A stretch of DNA of 64,000 nucleotides from Octopus vulgaris (taxonomy: Eukaryota): positions 41,292,001-41,356,000 of the forward strand of contig OX597820.1 in assembly GCA_951406725.2 (NCBI GenBank), in the 5' to 3' direction. Positions 1-12,865 of this stretch are shown here, piece by piece; within the stretch, counting starts at the first letter, position 1, and every line of letters begins with the position of its first letter. Below the pieces are notes generated by a model that did not search any database, had not been told where the DNA came from, and saw only the letters and a list, made by a program, of their open reading frames with translations. The translations under genes were made by a program, and so were the position numbers.

Positions 1-169
1 GTATGTATGTGTGTGTGCACGCATGCATACAAGCATACAGAGAAATAAACACATACACGCATACACACACATATATAACATATATGTATTGCTTGCTCTG
101 GTTTGATGGTTAGCTAACTAAATGACCGGGTGAAGGTTATAGATGTATGCTCCAAAGATCGTATTTTTG

Positions 170-432
170 TATGTATGTACGCATGCAAGCACATATGTAT
201 GTATGCATGCGTGTATGTATGTATGTATGTATGTATGTATGTATGTATGTATGTATGTATGCATGCATGCATGCATGCATATGTATGTATGTATGTATGT
301 ATGCATGCATGCGTATGTATTTATGTGTGTATGTATGTATGTATGTATGTATGTATGTATGTATGTATGTATGTATGTATGCATGCATGCATGCGTATGT
401 ATTTATGTATGTATGTATGTATGTATGTATGT
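170..432. repeat. (TATG)n / (CATG)n compound tetranucleotide microsatellite
   Basis: Long GTAT runs interrupted by GCAT blocks; source of the MYVC/HTYI ORFs. Confidence 0.95.
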
Positions 433-732
433 TATGTATCTATGTAGCTAGCTGCTATGAATGTGAAATTTTTTTTTATAAAAAGTGTTCGTAATTTTTA
501 TTCATATTTACATTTTTCGAAAGACGTAAAAGAGTTAATAACAAAGTGACAAAGTTCTGTTGGGCTGAAGACAATTTCACGGATTTCTGAATGTCGGCCA
601 AATAATGTGAGTATATATGTTGATGATTATGCGGATATGCTTACATTCATGTAATAGGTGTACATATTACTTTAGTAATACGAGTGTGCATCATTAATCT
701 TTATATACGAGTATGCCATATGTAGCCCAGAG

Positions 733-965
733 AAGGCGGCGAGCTGGCAGAAACGTTAGCACGCAGGGCGAAATGCGTAGCCGTATTTCGTCTGTCGTTA
801 CGTTCCGAGTTCAAAATCCGCCGAGGTCGAATTTGCCTTTTATCCTTTCGGGGTCGATAAATTAAGTACCAGTTACGCAATGGGATCGATGTAATTGACT
901 TAATCCCTTTATCTGTCCTTGTTTGTCTCCTCTATGTTTTAGCCCCTTGTGGGTAGTAAAGAAAT
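733..965 (+). mobile_element. SINE family A, young full-length copy (~235 bp)
   Basis: Starts AAGGCGGCGAGCTGGCAGAAACGTTAGC, has a B-box-like GAGTTCAAA, the central CCTTTCGGGGTCGATAAATTAAGTACCAG and the tail TTTAGCCCCTTGTGGGTAGTAAAGAAATA. Near-identical to 3684, 12866, 54264 and 60941. 15-bp TSD ATATGTAG(C/A)CCAGAG at 718-732 and 966-980. Confidence 0.92.
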
Positions 966-1266
966 ATATGTAGACCAGAGACTAAGAATGACTTCATTTA
1001 ATAAAATTAAAACTGAGAATCTTTCAAATGTTTTACAACTCTTTATTGTACTGTACCATTAACCACTTAGATTTAGAGGTTAGGATGCAGTTTGCATTGC
1101 TCTTTCTTCGAAAATGCTGCCGTCTCCGGGCTTTTATGGAAATCTTTTGTCACATAACTAACAGCAACTATGATAATAGAATACGTACACATGAGAATCT
1201 AGATCGAGGATACAAGAACTGCAAGTTGTACATTAACGTACCATAGATTTTATTCATTATATATAT

Positions 1267-1499
1267 ATAATAGTATTTTATAAACTTACAGCTTATAAGC
1301 AATCATCGTGCAACGACTAAAGAAAATAGTCTAATAATTGAGCATAGAAGCTGTCGACGTAAAAAAAAGTAGGTTTTCCCACGCATACGGGAAAAACCAC
1401 TCTTTTCCGTCGAGGGTTTATATGCCCCATTATTAGACTATTTTCTTTAGTCATTGCACTGTGATCGCTTATAATTTTAAGCTTATGAAATACTATTAT
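1267..1499. mobile_element. Foldback/MITE-like palindromic element (~113-bp arms, ~8-nt spacer)
   Basis: ATAATAGTATTT...GACTAAAGAAAATAGTCTAATAAT...GGTTTTCCC is the reverse complement, with mismatches, of GGGAAAAACC...ATTATTAGACTATTTTCTTTAGTC...AAATACTATTAT. Confidence 0.8.
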
Positions 1500-1700
1500 T
1501 ATTATTATTTACAGAACTGCAAAATCTGACGCTGTTTATCAAAACCATCTCATACATACATAGGTACATAGATACATACATACATACATACACACACACA
1601 TATATATATATAGAGAGAGAAATGGGGAGAGGGTGGAGGAGGAGAGAGAGCTATTTTTATATGTATATTTACGTATATATTATGTATGTTTTTAATTTGT

Positions 1701-2008
1701 GAAGGCGCATGGCTCAGTGGTTAGACCGTCGAGCTTACGATCGTGAGGTTGTGAGTTCGATTCCCGGACCGGGCTGAGTGTTGTGTTAGCAGTAGAAATG
1801 CGTTGCGACGTCACTGGAATCACTGGTGCTAAGCTGCATAGGCTTTTGTCTTTTCCTTGGATAATATCGGTGGCGGGGAGAAAGGAGGCTGGTATGCATG
1901 GGTGAATGCCAATCTTCTATAAGCAACCTTGCCCGGATTTGTGCCTCGGAGGGTAACTTTCTAGGTGCAATCCCATAGTCATTTATGATCGAAGGGGGTG
2001 ACCCAATG
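1701..2008 (+). mobile_element. tRNA-derived SINE family D
   Basis: Pol III A box TGGCTCAGTGG (1710-1720) and B box GTTCGATTCCC (1755-1765). Head resembles family B but the body differs. 8-bp TSD TAATTTGT at 1693-1700 and 2009-2016. Confidence 0.8.
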
Positions 2009-2223
2009 TAATTTGTTAATTATCAATTATTCGAATTGTTCCTAAGAATGAGACGCTGGTTTCCAATAGAAAAAACCCCCAATTAATTCCAGGAATTCAG
2101 ATATCAGCAACGATGTAGAACTGAAGAACTTTTCTAAAGTCTTCATTATGCGAGACTTTTCTAAAGTCTTGCATATTTCTGATGTTACACTTACTGACTG
2201 AATTTGCCTAATCCTATTAGCCA

Positions 2224-2422
2224 TTTACCTGTTTCAGTCATTTGACTGCGGCCATACTGGAGCACCGTCTTTCGGCGAACAAATCGACCCCAGGACTTAT
2301 TCTCGAAGCTCTAAGTTACAGGGACGTAAACACACCAACATCGGTTGTCAAACGATGGTGGGGGACAAACACAAATACACATGCACTCACACACACACAT
2401 ACATACATAAATATATACATAC

Positions 2423-2478
<56 letters not shown>

Positions 2479-2639
2479 GACGGGTCTTTCAATTTCCGTC
2501 AACCAAATCCATTCACAAGGCTTTGGTCGGCCGGAGGCTATAGTAGAAGATACTTGCCAAAGGGGCTAGCCGGAGGGACTGAACCCGAAACCATGTGGTT
2601 GAGAAGCAAGCTTCTTACCACACAGCCACTCCTGCGCCT
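2224..2639 (-). mobile_element. SINE family C (tRNA-like head, internal microsatellite)
   Basis: Minus strand reads AGGCGCAGGAGTGGCTGTGTGGTAAGAAG...GGTTCAGTCCC...(TA)n(TG)n...GCTCCAGTATGGCCGCAGTCAAATGACTGAAACA; homologous to 20599, 24782 and 34622. Confidence 0.9.
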
Positions 2640-3607
2640 ATGGTCACTTTTTTTTTTGTTATATGGCAATCACTTTTTCGAGATTGCTATTTACATATTT
2701 ACTAAAATATCCAGGTGCAGCAGGTAAGCATATGAATTTCTAATTTGCATACAGAAACAGTTGTCGATAAAGGTTTCGTTTCTCTCTGATTTTGTAAAGA
2801 TGTATACACAACTGTATAACAGCTGACCTATATAATACATACTGTGATTGGGAACAGATTTAGTAACAATGCCAAACCGCTTTAGAAGATAAGATTGTAT
2901 ATCGGACGATGGTTGGCTGAATTTGATTAAATAGTTTGTAGCATTTGCTAACCTCCCTTTACAGACTGAGTTCAAATCTTACGTAAAAAAAAAAAAAAAA
3001 ATCACTTGTGTATTTACTAGATCAATAAAATAAGCATTAACTATTTTGATATATAAATATGATTTTAGGTTATGAATAAATGCGTTTGAAGGAGATTCAT
3101 AAGTTATAATCATGAAATAAGCTTTCATATAATGAACTATTGCATAATCATGACGCAAAGGCCTTACATATAATTTTGTGTACATGAAATGTGTCAAAAC
3201 TGCGCCAGTAACGCTACAAAACAGTCTGTTTAGTTGCCTGTGTATTACCTTTGATCAACAAATCGATGTAGCGTCTAAATATCAGTCTGATGAATGAATA
3301 TGAAGTTAACTGTTGCCACATTTAAAAAAAATTTTTTTATGTAGCGGGTGTTGGCTAAATCCGGGTATAATAAACACAAGTAAAATTATTTTGCAGTTAG
3401 GCTGAATGTTTTGCAAGCTTCCATGTAATATATTTTCAAACACTCTAATGTACATATACATACATATATGTATATGTGTGTGCACGCGTGTAATTTTTCA
3501 CCTTCCCACTCCCTTTTCATGCAACCAGATCCTGCTGATTCCATATCATTTCCTATTGCTCTTTCACGCGTTTATCGTTCTGACCATAAGTATTCAATGT
3601 TGCTCTA

Positions 3608-3949
3608 GGCCCAAGGCCCAAAATTTGGGGGGAGGGAGCCAGGCGATTAGATCGACCTCCAGTAAGCAACTGGTATTTAATTTAAGGCGGCGAGCTGGCA
3701 GAAACGTTAGCATCCCGGGCGAAATGCTTAGTGGTATTTCATCTGCTGCTACATTCTGAGTTCAAATTCCGCCGAGGTCAACTTTGCCTTTCATTCTTTC
3801 GGGGGTCGATAAATTAAGTACCAGTTACGCACTGGGGTCGATGTAATCGACTTAATACCTATGTCTGTCCTTGTTTGTCCCCTCTGTGTTTAGCCCCTTG
3901 TGGGTAATAAAGAAATAGGTATTTAATTTATCGAGCCGGAAAGGATGAA
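3608..3949 (-). mobile_element. Older A-related SINE fragment interrupted by the 3684 insertion
   Basis: GATTAGATCGACCTCCAGTAAGCAACTGGTATTTAATTTA (ends 3684) continues as TCGAGCCGGAAAGGATGAA (from 3931), which is the antisense A central module. Confidence 0.7.
3684..3917 (+). mobile_element. SINE family A, young full-length copy
   Basis: Matches 733 and 60941; 13-bp TSD GGTATTTAATTTA at 3672-3684 and 3918-3930. Confidence 0.93.
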
Positions 3950-5139
3950 TTATTAACATTCAGTAACTGTTTGTCCCAGTTTTGCTCCATAACACCGTGT
4001 TTTACGTCGTAAAACTTATTTGTTTTCCAGTGGCGAAATCGCAGTGACTCTCGATGCACGTGCGTCATCGAGTGTGTATGTGCGTGTGTGTATGTGAGTG
4101 TGTGTGTGTGCGCGCTCGCTCGCGTGTGTTTGTGCGTATACGTGTCGATTTTTATGTGAGGCTAATCATACCCAGAATTGACATTTAGATGTTTACAGTC
4201 ATATTTCTGATTAATTAAGTAGACTAGGATGTTTTGATATCAACATTCTAAGTTAAGGTCTTCAAATAACTAACTGTAGAACCTATAGAATATATGTTTC
4301 GAGTTTTTGAATTATGTTCTCTTTATTTATGTATCCATATACACACTCGGACACACACAAACACAAAAACACACAATCACACACATATGTACTGAGGAGC
4401 CCATAAGAAGGGCGAAATGGCGTTATCTACAACTACTAGGAAAATTAGATTGAGATATTATTTCATACGCTCTGTCACTCATAAACATGACCTCTTTTAA
4501 TAATTAAAATATATAAACTATGAAACTGTTCTCTCCCCTTAAAGGGAATCTTCACCCTCTCTTCGATTTTTTAGTAAACTCTCTTTGTCTTTACCCCATT
4601 CTTACTCCGAAAGCAAATGTAGATGGCAGCACTAACAGTCACCAGTCAAATTTCCCACGTATATATACACAGAAACCACACATGTACGCACAGATTCACA
4701 TACCTATTCCTGTGTGCGCGCGCGTGTGTGTGTGTATGTGTGTGGACTCAAGGGAGGCCAAGTGGCATGCTGATAATGTCTATTGAGGCAGAGACACGTG
4801 TCCACAGCTCCCGTTATCGCCAAAACATCAAACCTTTCTTAATGTTATGCCAATTTCTCAGAATCCTTGATTTCTGACGCTAGCTACTCTTTTCATTTGG
4901 AGCTGCTCGCAATCGCCAAGAGGCATGTATTTACTTTTCCCTCGAATGGGATTCAATAAATCAACATATATATTTTATATAGTAATATGCATACATTAAT
5001 TCGCCATTATTGTGAGAATGTATGTATTTGCGCGTGAGCGTGTGTGTGTATACACAAATATACTAATATGTCTGAACGTTTATACAGCCGAATACAAATA
5101 CGTACACTCTCACACACGCATACAGACACAACTATGCAA

Positions 5140-5148
5140 ACATATGTT

Positions 5149-5207
<59 letters not shown>

Positions 5208-5229
5208 GTATATATATATATATTATATA

Positions 5230-5282
<53 letters not shown>

Positions 5283-5500
5283 TACATTAATTACTTGTGT
5301 AAATAATATGCGTATGGATATATATATATATATGAGTGTATATATGTGTATGTGTGCATGTGTGTGCGCGTGTGTGTAATGAATGTACACACTCATACAT
5401 TTTTATGTATTTACACATATATGTATATATGTCCGTCCGTATATAAATATATAAATATATCTTTACACACACACGCACACACACACACACACACATGCAC
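5140..5500. repeat. (TA)n/(CA)n/(TG)n compound microsatellite
   Basis: Directly visible dinucleotide runs. Confidence 0.9.
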
Positions 5501-6424
5501 ACACAGTGGCAGACACTTAAACAAGAATTCTAGTGTTCATATATCTGAAAGTCCATGTGAGAGAACACATGGAGACATTGCCCTTAACCTTATTCGAACC
5601 CCAACCTACGTCCTATGTAAAGCTTTGTGAAACGTCAATACCATCTGTTGCATAGTCTAGGTTTGTCGAGAAATGACATGAAAGTTAAGGTAGGGAAGTT
5701 AGCTAGCGCGTGTGCGCGCTATTGTGCGTGTATGCGAATATATGTTTGTGAGTGTTTTTGCGCGTCTGCACGTAGTTTATGTGCATGTGTTAGTACACTT
5801 CTGTTTATGCGTTTGCATTGCATCTATGCGCTAGAAAAAGGTGGGTAAGAGTCCAAAGATATTATGTTGCTAACGCAGCAGCGGTAGCAACAGGAACAGC
5901 AGAAGTAGGAGGAGAAGGAGAAGGAAGAAGAGAAGGAGGAAGAGGAGGAAATGTAATGGGTCATTTCCCATACCTTTTTTTCTTCTTAAGAGCTGGTAGG
6001 GTGCTTGTAAATGAGTAGAAACATATATCGACACATATTTTATTGGTATTCGTATCTACTCGAATGCTATCATAAAAGCACCCTCATTAGCTCGTCTTGA
6101 ACCTAATTGAATTAATTAGTGATGTAGTATATTGAAACAGTAGAGCGCCATGGTAGACACATTGCTGTATCTAATTCTGTACGTCGCTATTCTTAATTCT
6201 TATGCTCTAGATGCAAGTTTGTCTTCACAGCCTTCTGGCTTCGACAAAGTAAGCACAAATGAAACACTGGCTCGATTCAATGAAAGCAAACGATTATATG
6301 CCTGGTTATTAAAAATTTATGAATACAGTTAAGCCTATATATGATACTTAAACTTTAAGAAAAGCGAGTCTAAACTAATGGAATGATACGTTCTCAAATC
6401 ACCACGAGAACGATTGACGATTCG

Positions 6425-6580
6425 TAGGCATGGCTGTGAGATTAAAAATTTCACCTCGCAACAACGTGGTATGAGGTTCGATCTCTTTATACAGTACCAC
6501 GAACAAATGGTTTTACTATAGGCTCTAATTCCTCTAAGTCTTTAGAACGAAATGTGGAAGACAGCTGTTTGAAAACCTTC
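6425..6580 (+). mobile_element. Highly degenerate family C-like SINE head
   Basis: GTAGGCATGGCTGTG...GAGGTTCGATC...TACTATAG motifs are collinear with the family C 5' end. Confidence 0.45.
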
Positions 6581-7094
6581 GGTTAGTTATTGATATTAGG
6601 TTTAAGAGTTCATATGTCGCCAAGTTGAAGACCATCATCTGGAGATTGAGTGCCTATAGCGGAGCTCAAACTGATGCCAGCATTCAGGTTAGGTCTCTGT
6701 TCTATGGATTAGTTCCTGAGAAATGGAGGAAGTTATCATCACTCGAATCTCAGTACAAGGGCCAAGTATTTTATTCCGTCCTTTCAATGAGCCTTTAAAA
6801 GAATCGCCAGTCACTTATGTGTATAAGTAGACACTCGACTACCATCGGCAGTATCACATTAAGATTTGACATACCGTCTTAAGAAAAAGTAGAGTCACAT
6901 TGAATGATATATCCGAGATACATTATGCATGAAGGAAAGATGGGATTGTCACGGTTAGACCAGCATTTGAATTTAAATTCAATGGGAACACAGAGAAATG
7001 TGTAAGAAAGGTAGGACATAACACTTATCGATACATATTGTAGTGGTTGTCGTGTTGTCAACTCTGACCGAGTAAAGGTACACAAAGAGGCCAA

Positions 7095-7225
7095 CTCGAC
7101 ATTATAAAACTGTGTCTTAGGACTACATAATAATGTCCTTTCTAATTTAAGACTGTAGGATATAAATTAAAGTGAAATTTTCCCCGTTATTTCTAGCGAA
7201 TTGAACGGTCATGTATAGTTTGCCA
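7095..7225 (-). mobile_element. Fragment of an old dispersed repeat (family E)
   Basis: GACTACATAAT...TATTTCTAGCGAATTGAACGGTCATGTA resembles 18100-18230 and 35960-36080, and the opposite strand of 14875 and 60142. Confidence 0.45.
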
Positions 7226-7687
7226 TGCTTTGTATTTTAGTGCTGTTTAGTAACAGGTGACAATAGTTGAAGTTGTAATGTTTATAAGAAAGATAATGAC
7301 TTCACAATATTTAATTTTTCTATGGTATATAACTAAAGCATTGGTTTTTGTCAAACTAAATCCTCATCGTCTTTACAATTATTGCGTTTGTTGTTTGTTG
7401 ATGCGGTAAGCTTCAGAAGTGCAGACATTGCAAAACTGTTTCCATAAACTTGTTTTAAAATTAGTTAACACCGATAATCTCTTGAAAGAAAACAGACATA
7501 ATACAAACTCAGTGTCGTCTATAAATAAATCCATAGCCTTTCCCTTAATAAGAAAATATTCTTATTTTATAATAATAGTTGTTTTTTTTTTCTCATATAT
7601 GTTTTGTATACTGATGTCTCGACTCATCTTCGCAATTTGCTCTTGTGATATTTCCCCACCCATCGTCTGGTTGCAAATAAAATAAAT

Positions 7688-7915
7688 CGACTTAACAGAA
7701 TATTTAGAGCGTTGGGGAAAAAGATGCTTGGCGTTATTTGTTTCGTCTCTTCACATTCTGAATTCAAAACCTACCAAAGTCACGTTTGCCCTCCATCCAT
7801 CCGAGAACAATAAAATAAAAATAAAACAAACGGTGAAGTGCTGGGGTCGATGATATCCATTCGCATTGACTAAGCTCTTCCTCCACATTGTTGACCTTAT
7901 ACTTAAATTTGAAAT
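7688..7915 (+). mobile_element. Old A-related SINE, degenerate
   Basis: TTCTGAATTCAAA, TTTGCCCTCCATCC, CTGGGGTCGAT and AAATTTGAAA occur in family A order. Confidence 0.6.
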
Positions 7916-8014
7916 AACTGATATTTTTGTTATTTTTAGTGTCTAATGTCCTTTGGAATTGCATTAAAAACATGTTAAGAGTCTTTTTTAGAGTATCTGA
8001 AGTACATTGTGGGA

Positions 8015-8150
8015 TCTACGTTCAAATCCAACCGAGTCGAGTTTGCCTATCATTTTTTTCGGGGGGGTTACAGAAATAATGATCACTAAAACGCTGTAAT
8101 CAAACTACCACCTTACCCCAGAATTCCTGGCTGTTGGCCTATATAAGAAA
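8015..8150 (+). mobile_element. Old A-related SINE fragment
   Basis: CGTTCAAATCCAACCGAGTCGAGTTTGCCTATCATTTTTTTCGGGG matches the A central region. Confidence 0.55.
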
Positions 8151-8220
8151 TCAACATGTTATGTACACTTACAGATACAAATTTTCAAACATTTTCCGAA
8201 ATATTTGTTTCCTTCAATAT

Positions 8221-8437
8221 TGGTTTCAAATTTCATACAAGTCCAGCAGTTTTGGGATAGTTAGTAGGTCGATTACATCGATACCAGTGAGGAACTAGTA
8301 TTTATTTTATCGAATCCGAAAGGATGAAAGGTAAAGTCGAGTCGACTTCGACATAATTTGAACTCAAATCATAAAGACAGACGAAAAGCCGCTGAGCATT
8401 TTGCCCGGTGTGCTATCGATTCTGCAAGCTGAGCGCC
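8221..8437 (-). mobile_element. Old A-related SINE (AAATTTGAAACC-tail subfamily)
   Basis: Plus strand TGGTTTCAAATTT...CCGAAAGGATGAAAGGTAAAGTCGA...TTTGAACTCA...GATTCTGCAAGCT. Confidence 0.8.
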
Positions 8438-8458
8438 CAAATTTGTTTCGCTTAATAC

Positions 8459-8657
8459 TGGCTTTAAATTTTGGCACAAGGCCAGCAATTTCGAGGGTAA
8501 ATCGAGTACGTGAACCCCAGTACTCAGCTAGTAATTATTTTATTGAGCTCGAAAGGTTGAAAGGCAAAGACGACTGCGGCGGAATTCGAACTCAGAACCT
8601 AAAGACGGACAGAATGGCGTTTTGCCCGGCGTGCGAACGATTCAACCAGCTCGCAGC
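8459..8657 (-). mobile_element. Old A-related SINE
   Basis: Plus strand AAATTTTGGCACAAGGCCAGCAA...GGCGGAATTCGAACTCAGAAC...CCAGCTCGC. Confidence 0.8.
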
Positions 8658-9196
8658 TGTCTTGTTTCATTTAATAACTGTAATATTAAATATTCTTAGC
8701 ATCAATATTCTTCCAATTTTGATTAGAAAAGACAGAAGCCTACATCCTTGAAGAGTACAGCAAGTGGCTATGGGTGAAGTGATTCGTGTCTGTCGTTCAT
8801 ATTGTTAGGGCTTATTGTTGATAATCTCCCTTTTTGTTCGCCGTTCCTTTCACTATATGCACTAATTATGATATTAATTCCATACAGGTCAAAAGTACAC
8901 AGAAACCAGAGGAAAGAATTGTTTGAAATTGATTGTGATGAGGTCTGTGCATTTTCCAAGAGATGTAGCAAAGTAAATGAAATATAGGGAAAAAAGAAAA
9001 TGTAATGGTACTAACAAATCGTACCGAAACTTTATATGTACAACAACCAAGCTTCATCATGCAACCGAAACGAAATTGAAGGACATGATGATGTTAATTT
9101 TTTTTCAATTTATTTAGCAGCATAAGTAGTACAAAATCACGGAGGAAATTCTATTGCACATAGCATTACTATATATTACATAAGTACATGAATACT

Positions 9197-9199
<3 letters not shown>

Positions 9200-9231
<32 letters not shown>

Positions 9232-9254
9232 TCATGGGTACATACATACATATA

Positions 9255-9291
<37 letters not shown>

Positions 9292-9365
9292 TCATGGGTA
9301 CAAATATATATATATATATATATACACATTCATGGGTACATACATATATATATATATATGCATAT
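9200..9365. repeat. Compound minisatellite: three copies of CATTCATGGGTACA separated by (TA)n
   Basis: 14-bp anchor at 9229-9242, 9289-9302 and 9327-9340. Confidence 0.9.
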
Positions 9366-9468
9366 ATATACATACACACATACATGAGCACATACATATA
9401 TATCCAGCCACATATATATAATGTATATTTATATTATGTGAGCGCACACAGATACCTACACAAACAAG

Positions 9469-9534
<66 letters not shown>

Positions 9535-10683
9535 AACAAGCACCACACGCACACACACATATGATAAAGTACCATGATTCTTAAGACGTCATTAAATCAC
9601 CGCGCGTAATTACGAATCAATTCAATTGCGTTTACTCGTCTTCAAGAATAAAGTCAGAAACAATACAAAACGACTAAGTGAATTAAAATATCTTAATCCC
9701 AGAACTGAACCGATCTTAGTACACCACCTCACAGGGATCGACTATGCTAAGCTATGGAACTAGTACGCTTTCACACATGCAGTGACACGAAATATACACA
9801 AATATTGCAGTAACATTAATGCACACACACATATGTATGTGTATATGTGTGTATCTGTGCGCGCGTGTGTGTGTCTAAAAGAGATGTGATAGATTCATAA
9901 TCGATCAGTGAATATATAACCCATTATATACTCTGAGATTATCGGTTTTATTATTTTAACCGTTCAGTGCGTTTACCTGTAGATTTAAATGATGACGATA
10001 AATGAAACATGACCGTCTCATAAAATACACAAGGCTTTGATCCCTTTGTATTCTCCCAACGATTATCGTTGTCAGTCAAAGGAGACATTGAAATAATGTC
10101 CCCCTTGGCAACAGATGGACAACGAGTGCATGTCAACATACTTCGTGATGCAATTGTTCTTTGTTAGACATGACACAGCGAACAAAATTTATCACGCCTA
10201 TTAACTAATACTTTAATTGCTGGAGCCAGTCCGTACACAACAACTCATACACTCGCACATATAATTACTAACTCTCGTGCCCTAATAATATGATTGAATG
10301 CAATATCATACACCATTTTGTTTTGTTTTGTATTACACACATACATACGCATGCAAATGCTGTCTAGGGATATAATACAATTACAAATTTCATCTCTTAG
10401 AAGAGATGCTGTCCTTTAGCCTCACACATATAGTATTTATGGAAATGGGTTTTAGGAACAAGGGGTACCCTTGAGGCTAAGGTTGAAAAGCGATTTAGAC
10501 GTCACAACCGCCCTCACTCAGAAAGCCATATCCTCTGGGTAATCCTCCCAGTCATATTACTGATTTATACAAACATGGAAACATGAACACACACAAACGC
10601 AAATTAAAGTACACATATGAAAAATATGCTATTACTGTCTCGCATACATATATGTATACAAACACACTCACACATGTCATGTA

Positions 10684-10733
<50 letters not shown>

Positions 10734-11149
10734 GATTATAATTATTTTTATTATATAATAACATTTCCAAAATTAAAATGATGTTTGAAAAAATACGATG
10801 TACGTATATTACAAACCCAGGATAGGAAGACGAACTACATTTACTGAACAATGAAATGGAATCAATTTAAAAAGTACTTCATAAAATGTTGCATGTGTTT
10901 AATTAACAAAATACATAACTTATAAATTACGTTTTAATATTAGAATAATCACATCGAAAATAAAGGACTTGCGTTTTATGCATTAGATATATACATAAAC
11001 GAATAAAACAAACGGGAAGTTCAACAAAGTTTATGCCTCACTGATAAGGAGATAACAAGATCAAAACGTATGAAGTTGTCAGTGGTAATTGCCGAGAAAA
11101 TTAGATAATTTGTCGTTAACTAATATGTTTTTTTCTTTTCTCACCTCAT

Positions 11150-11475
<326 letters not shown>

Positions 11476-11603
11476 GTCTGACTGAAGATTGAAGGCTTCG
11501 AATGATTTGTCTGTGTTCCGTGTTCGTCCCTTCCTGTATTTCACGTTCATTATATATAAAAACATTCATTCTTATATATATATATATATACATACACACA
11601 TAT

Positions 11604-11649
<46 letters not shown>

Positions 11650-12426
11650 GAAAATTTGAATCGAAAGCAGTGTTTCAATGTGTTTATCCGGAATTTTTTA
11701 GTTTTTTTTTTAAATAATGCAATTTCTATAAGTACATGTTAAGATTTGGCTCGTATCGAATTGACTAACATTTATCTCCTTCACTTTTAATTTGTTTTTT
11801 CATATATTTTCCTCTCGATAACCTAAACATTTTTATCCTACGCTTTCTGTAAGATATAATTTTCAAGAACTTCCTTAATTTTCTCCCAATATGAGAATAA
11901 TCTCAGAAACTCTTCCCAATAATTTTACTCGTGTTTTTCTTGTTTGAATGTTGAAAAGACCAAAACCAAGGGCAAGTACTTCGATCAGTCAAGAATGTTT
12001 ACTAGATTATTATCCATGTAATTGTACCCTCACCCTTTCCCCCGGATCCATGGTAAATTATAGATAAGCTTTTGTGCTTCCTGGAAATTCATGTGATTCG
12101 ATGTACCTTCATGGAATGTCATCGGTCATATATCGTCTGATGGTTCATTATGGTTGCTTAACAATCATGAAACTATTGATAATAATGTGAAAGCACATGT
12201 GTCCGTGTGAATATCTATGTGTAAGCATATGTGTGTGTGACTCTCTGTGTACGATTCTGTGTGTGCGATTCTATGTGTGTGTATTTGTAGTAAAGATTGC
12301 AAGTTTCCTTTGTAATAATATTCTTCTTGTAGAGTCATGATATAACCTGGCTATGATTTGTTTTACATTTAATACATATACTCAGAAACAACGATTACGT
12401 GATATTAAAGTCATATTATATATAGA

Positions 12427-12756
12427 GTGAATGCGCGTGGCTTAGTGGTTAGGGTATTCGGCTCACTATCGAAAGGTCGCGAGTACGATTCTTGGCGGTG
12501 CGTTGTGTCCTCGAGCAACTCACTCTATTTCACTTTGCTCCAGTTCACTCAGCTGGTAAAAATGAGTGGTACTTGTACTTCAAAGGGCTAGTTTTGTCAC
12601 ATTCTGTGTCAAGCTGAATCTCCCTGAGAACTACGTTAAGGGTACGGGTGTCGGTGGAATGCTCAGTCACTTGAACCTTAATTTCACGAGCAGGTTGTTC
12701 CGTTGAGTAGGCCAACTGGAACCCACGCAATCGTAAGTGATGGAATGTCAGTAGTA
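12427..12756 (+). mobile_element. tRNA-derived SINE family B' (CORE-like middle, family B 3' half)
   Basis: A box TGGCTTAGTGG and a CORE-like GTTGTGTCCTCGAGCAA; the 3' half TTCAAAGGGC...GAGAACTACGTTAAGGGTAC...TTAATTTCACGAGCAGG is shared with family B. 9-bp TSD ATATATAGA at 12418-12426 and 12757-12765. Confidence 0.82.
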
Positions 12757-12865
12757 ATATATAGAAATAAACCTAAAGTGTCGATGTGTATTTTTGAGTA
12801 ATATTTATTCCAGAGTAAGAGATTCAGCAGGTTAGCACACTCAATGACATCAGCCAGCATATACC

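Noticed and set aside
118-494. [12 protein letters not shown]-type ORFs here and throughout the window
   Set aside because: Translations of stop-free di- and tetranucleotide microsatellites; no coding evidence.
2121-2175. CTGAAGA plus the 16-bp direct repeat ACTTTTCTAAAGTCTT x2 as a ribozyme
   Set aside because: The second box reads GAGA and stem I is poor; better explained as a small local duplication.
8888-8972. Possible 85-nt exon (CAG|...|GTAAAT)
   Set aside because: Weak polypyrimidine tract and donor, and no recognisable protein similarity.
9229-9340. CRISPR-like repeat-spacer pattern
   Set aside because: The repeat is only 14 bp, spacers are (TA)n, the context is eukaryotic and there are no cas genes.
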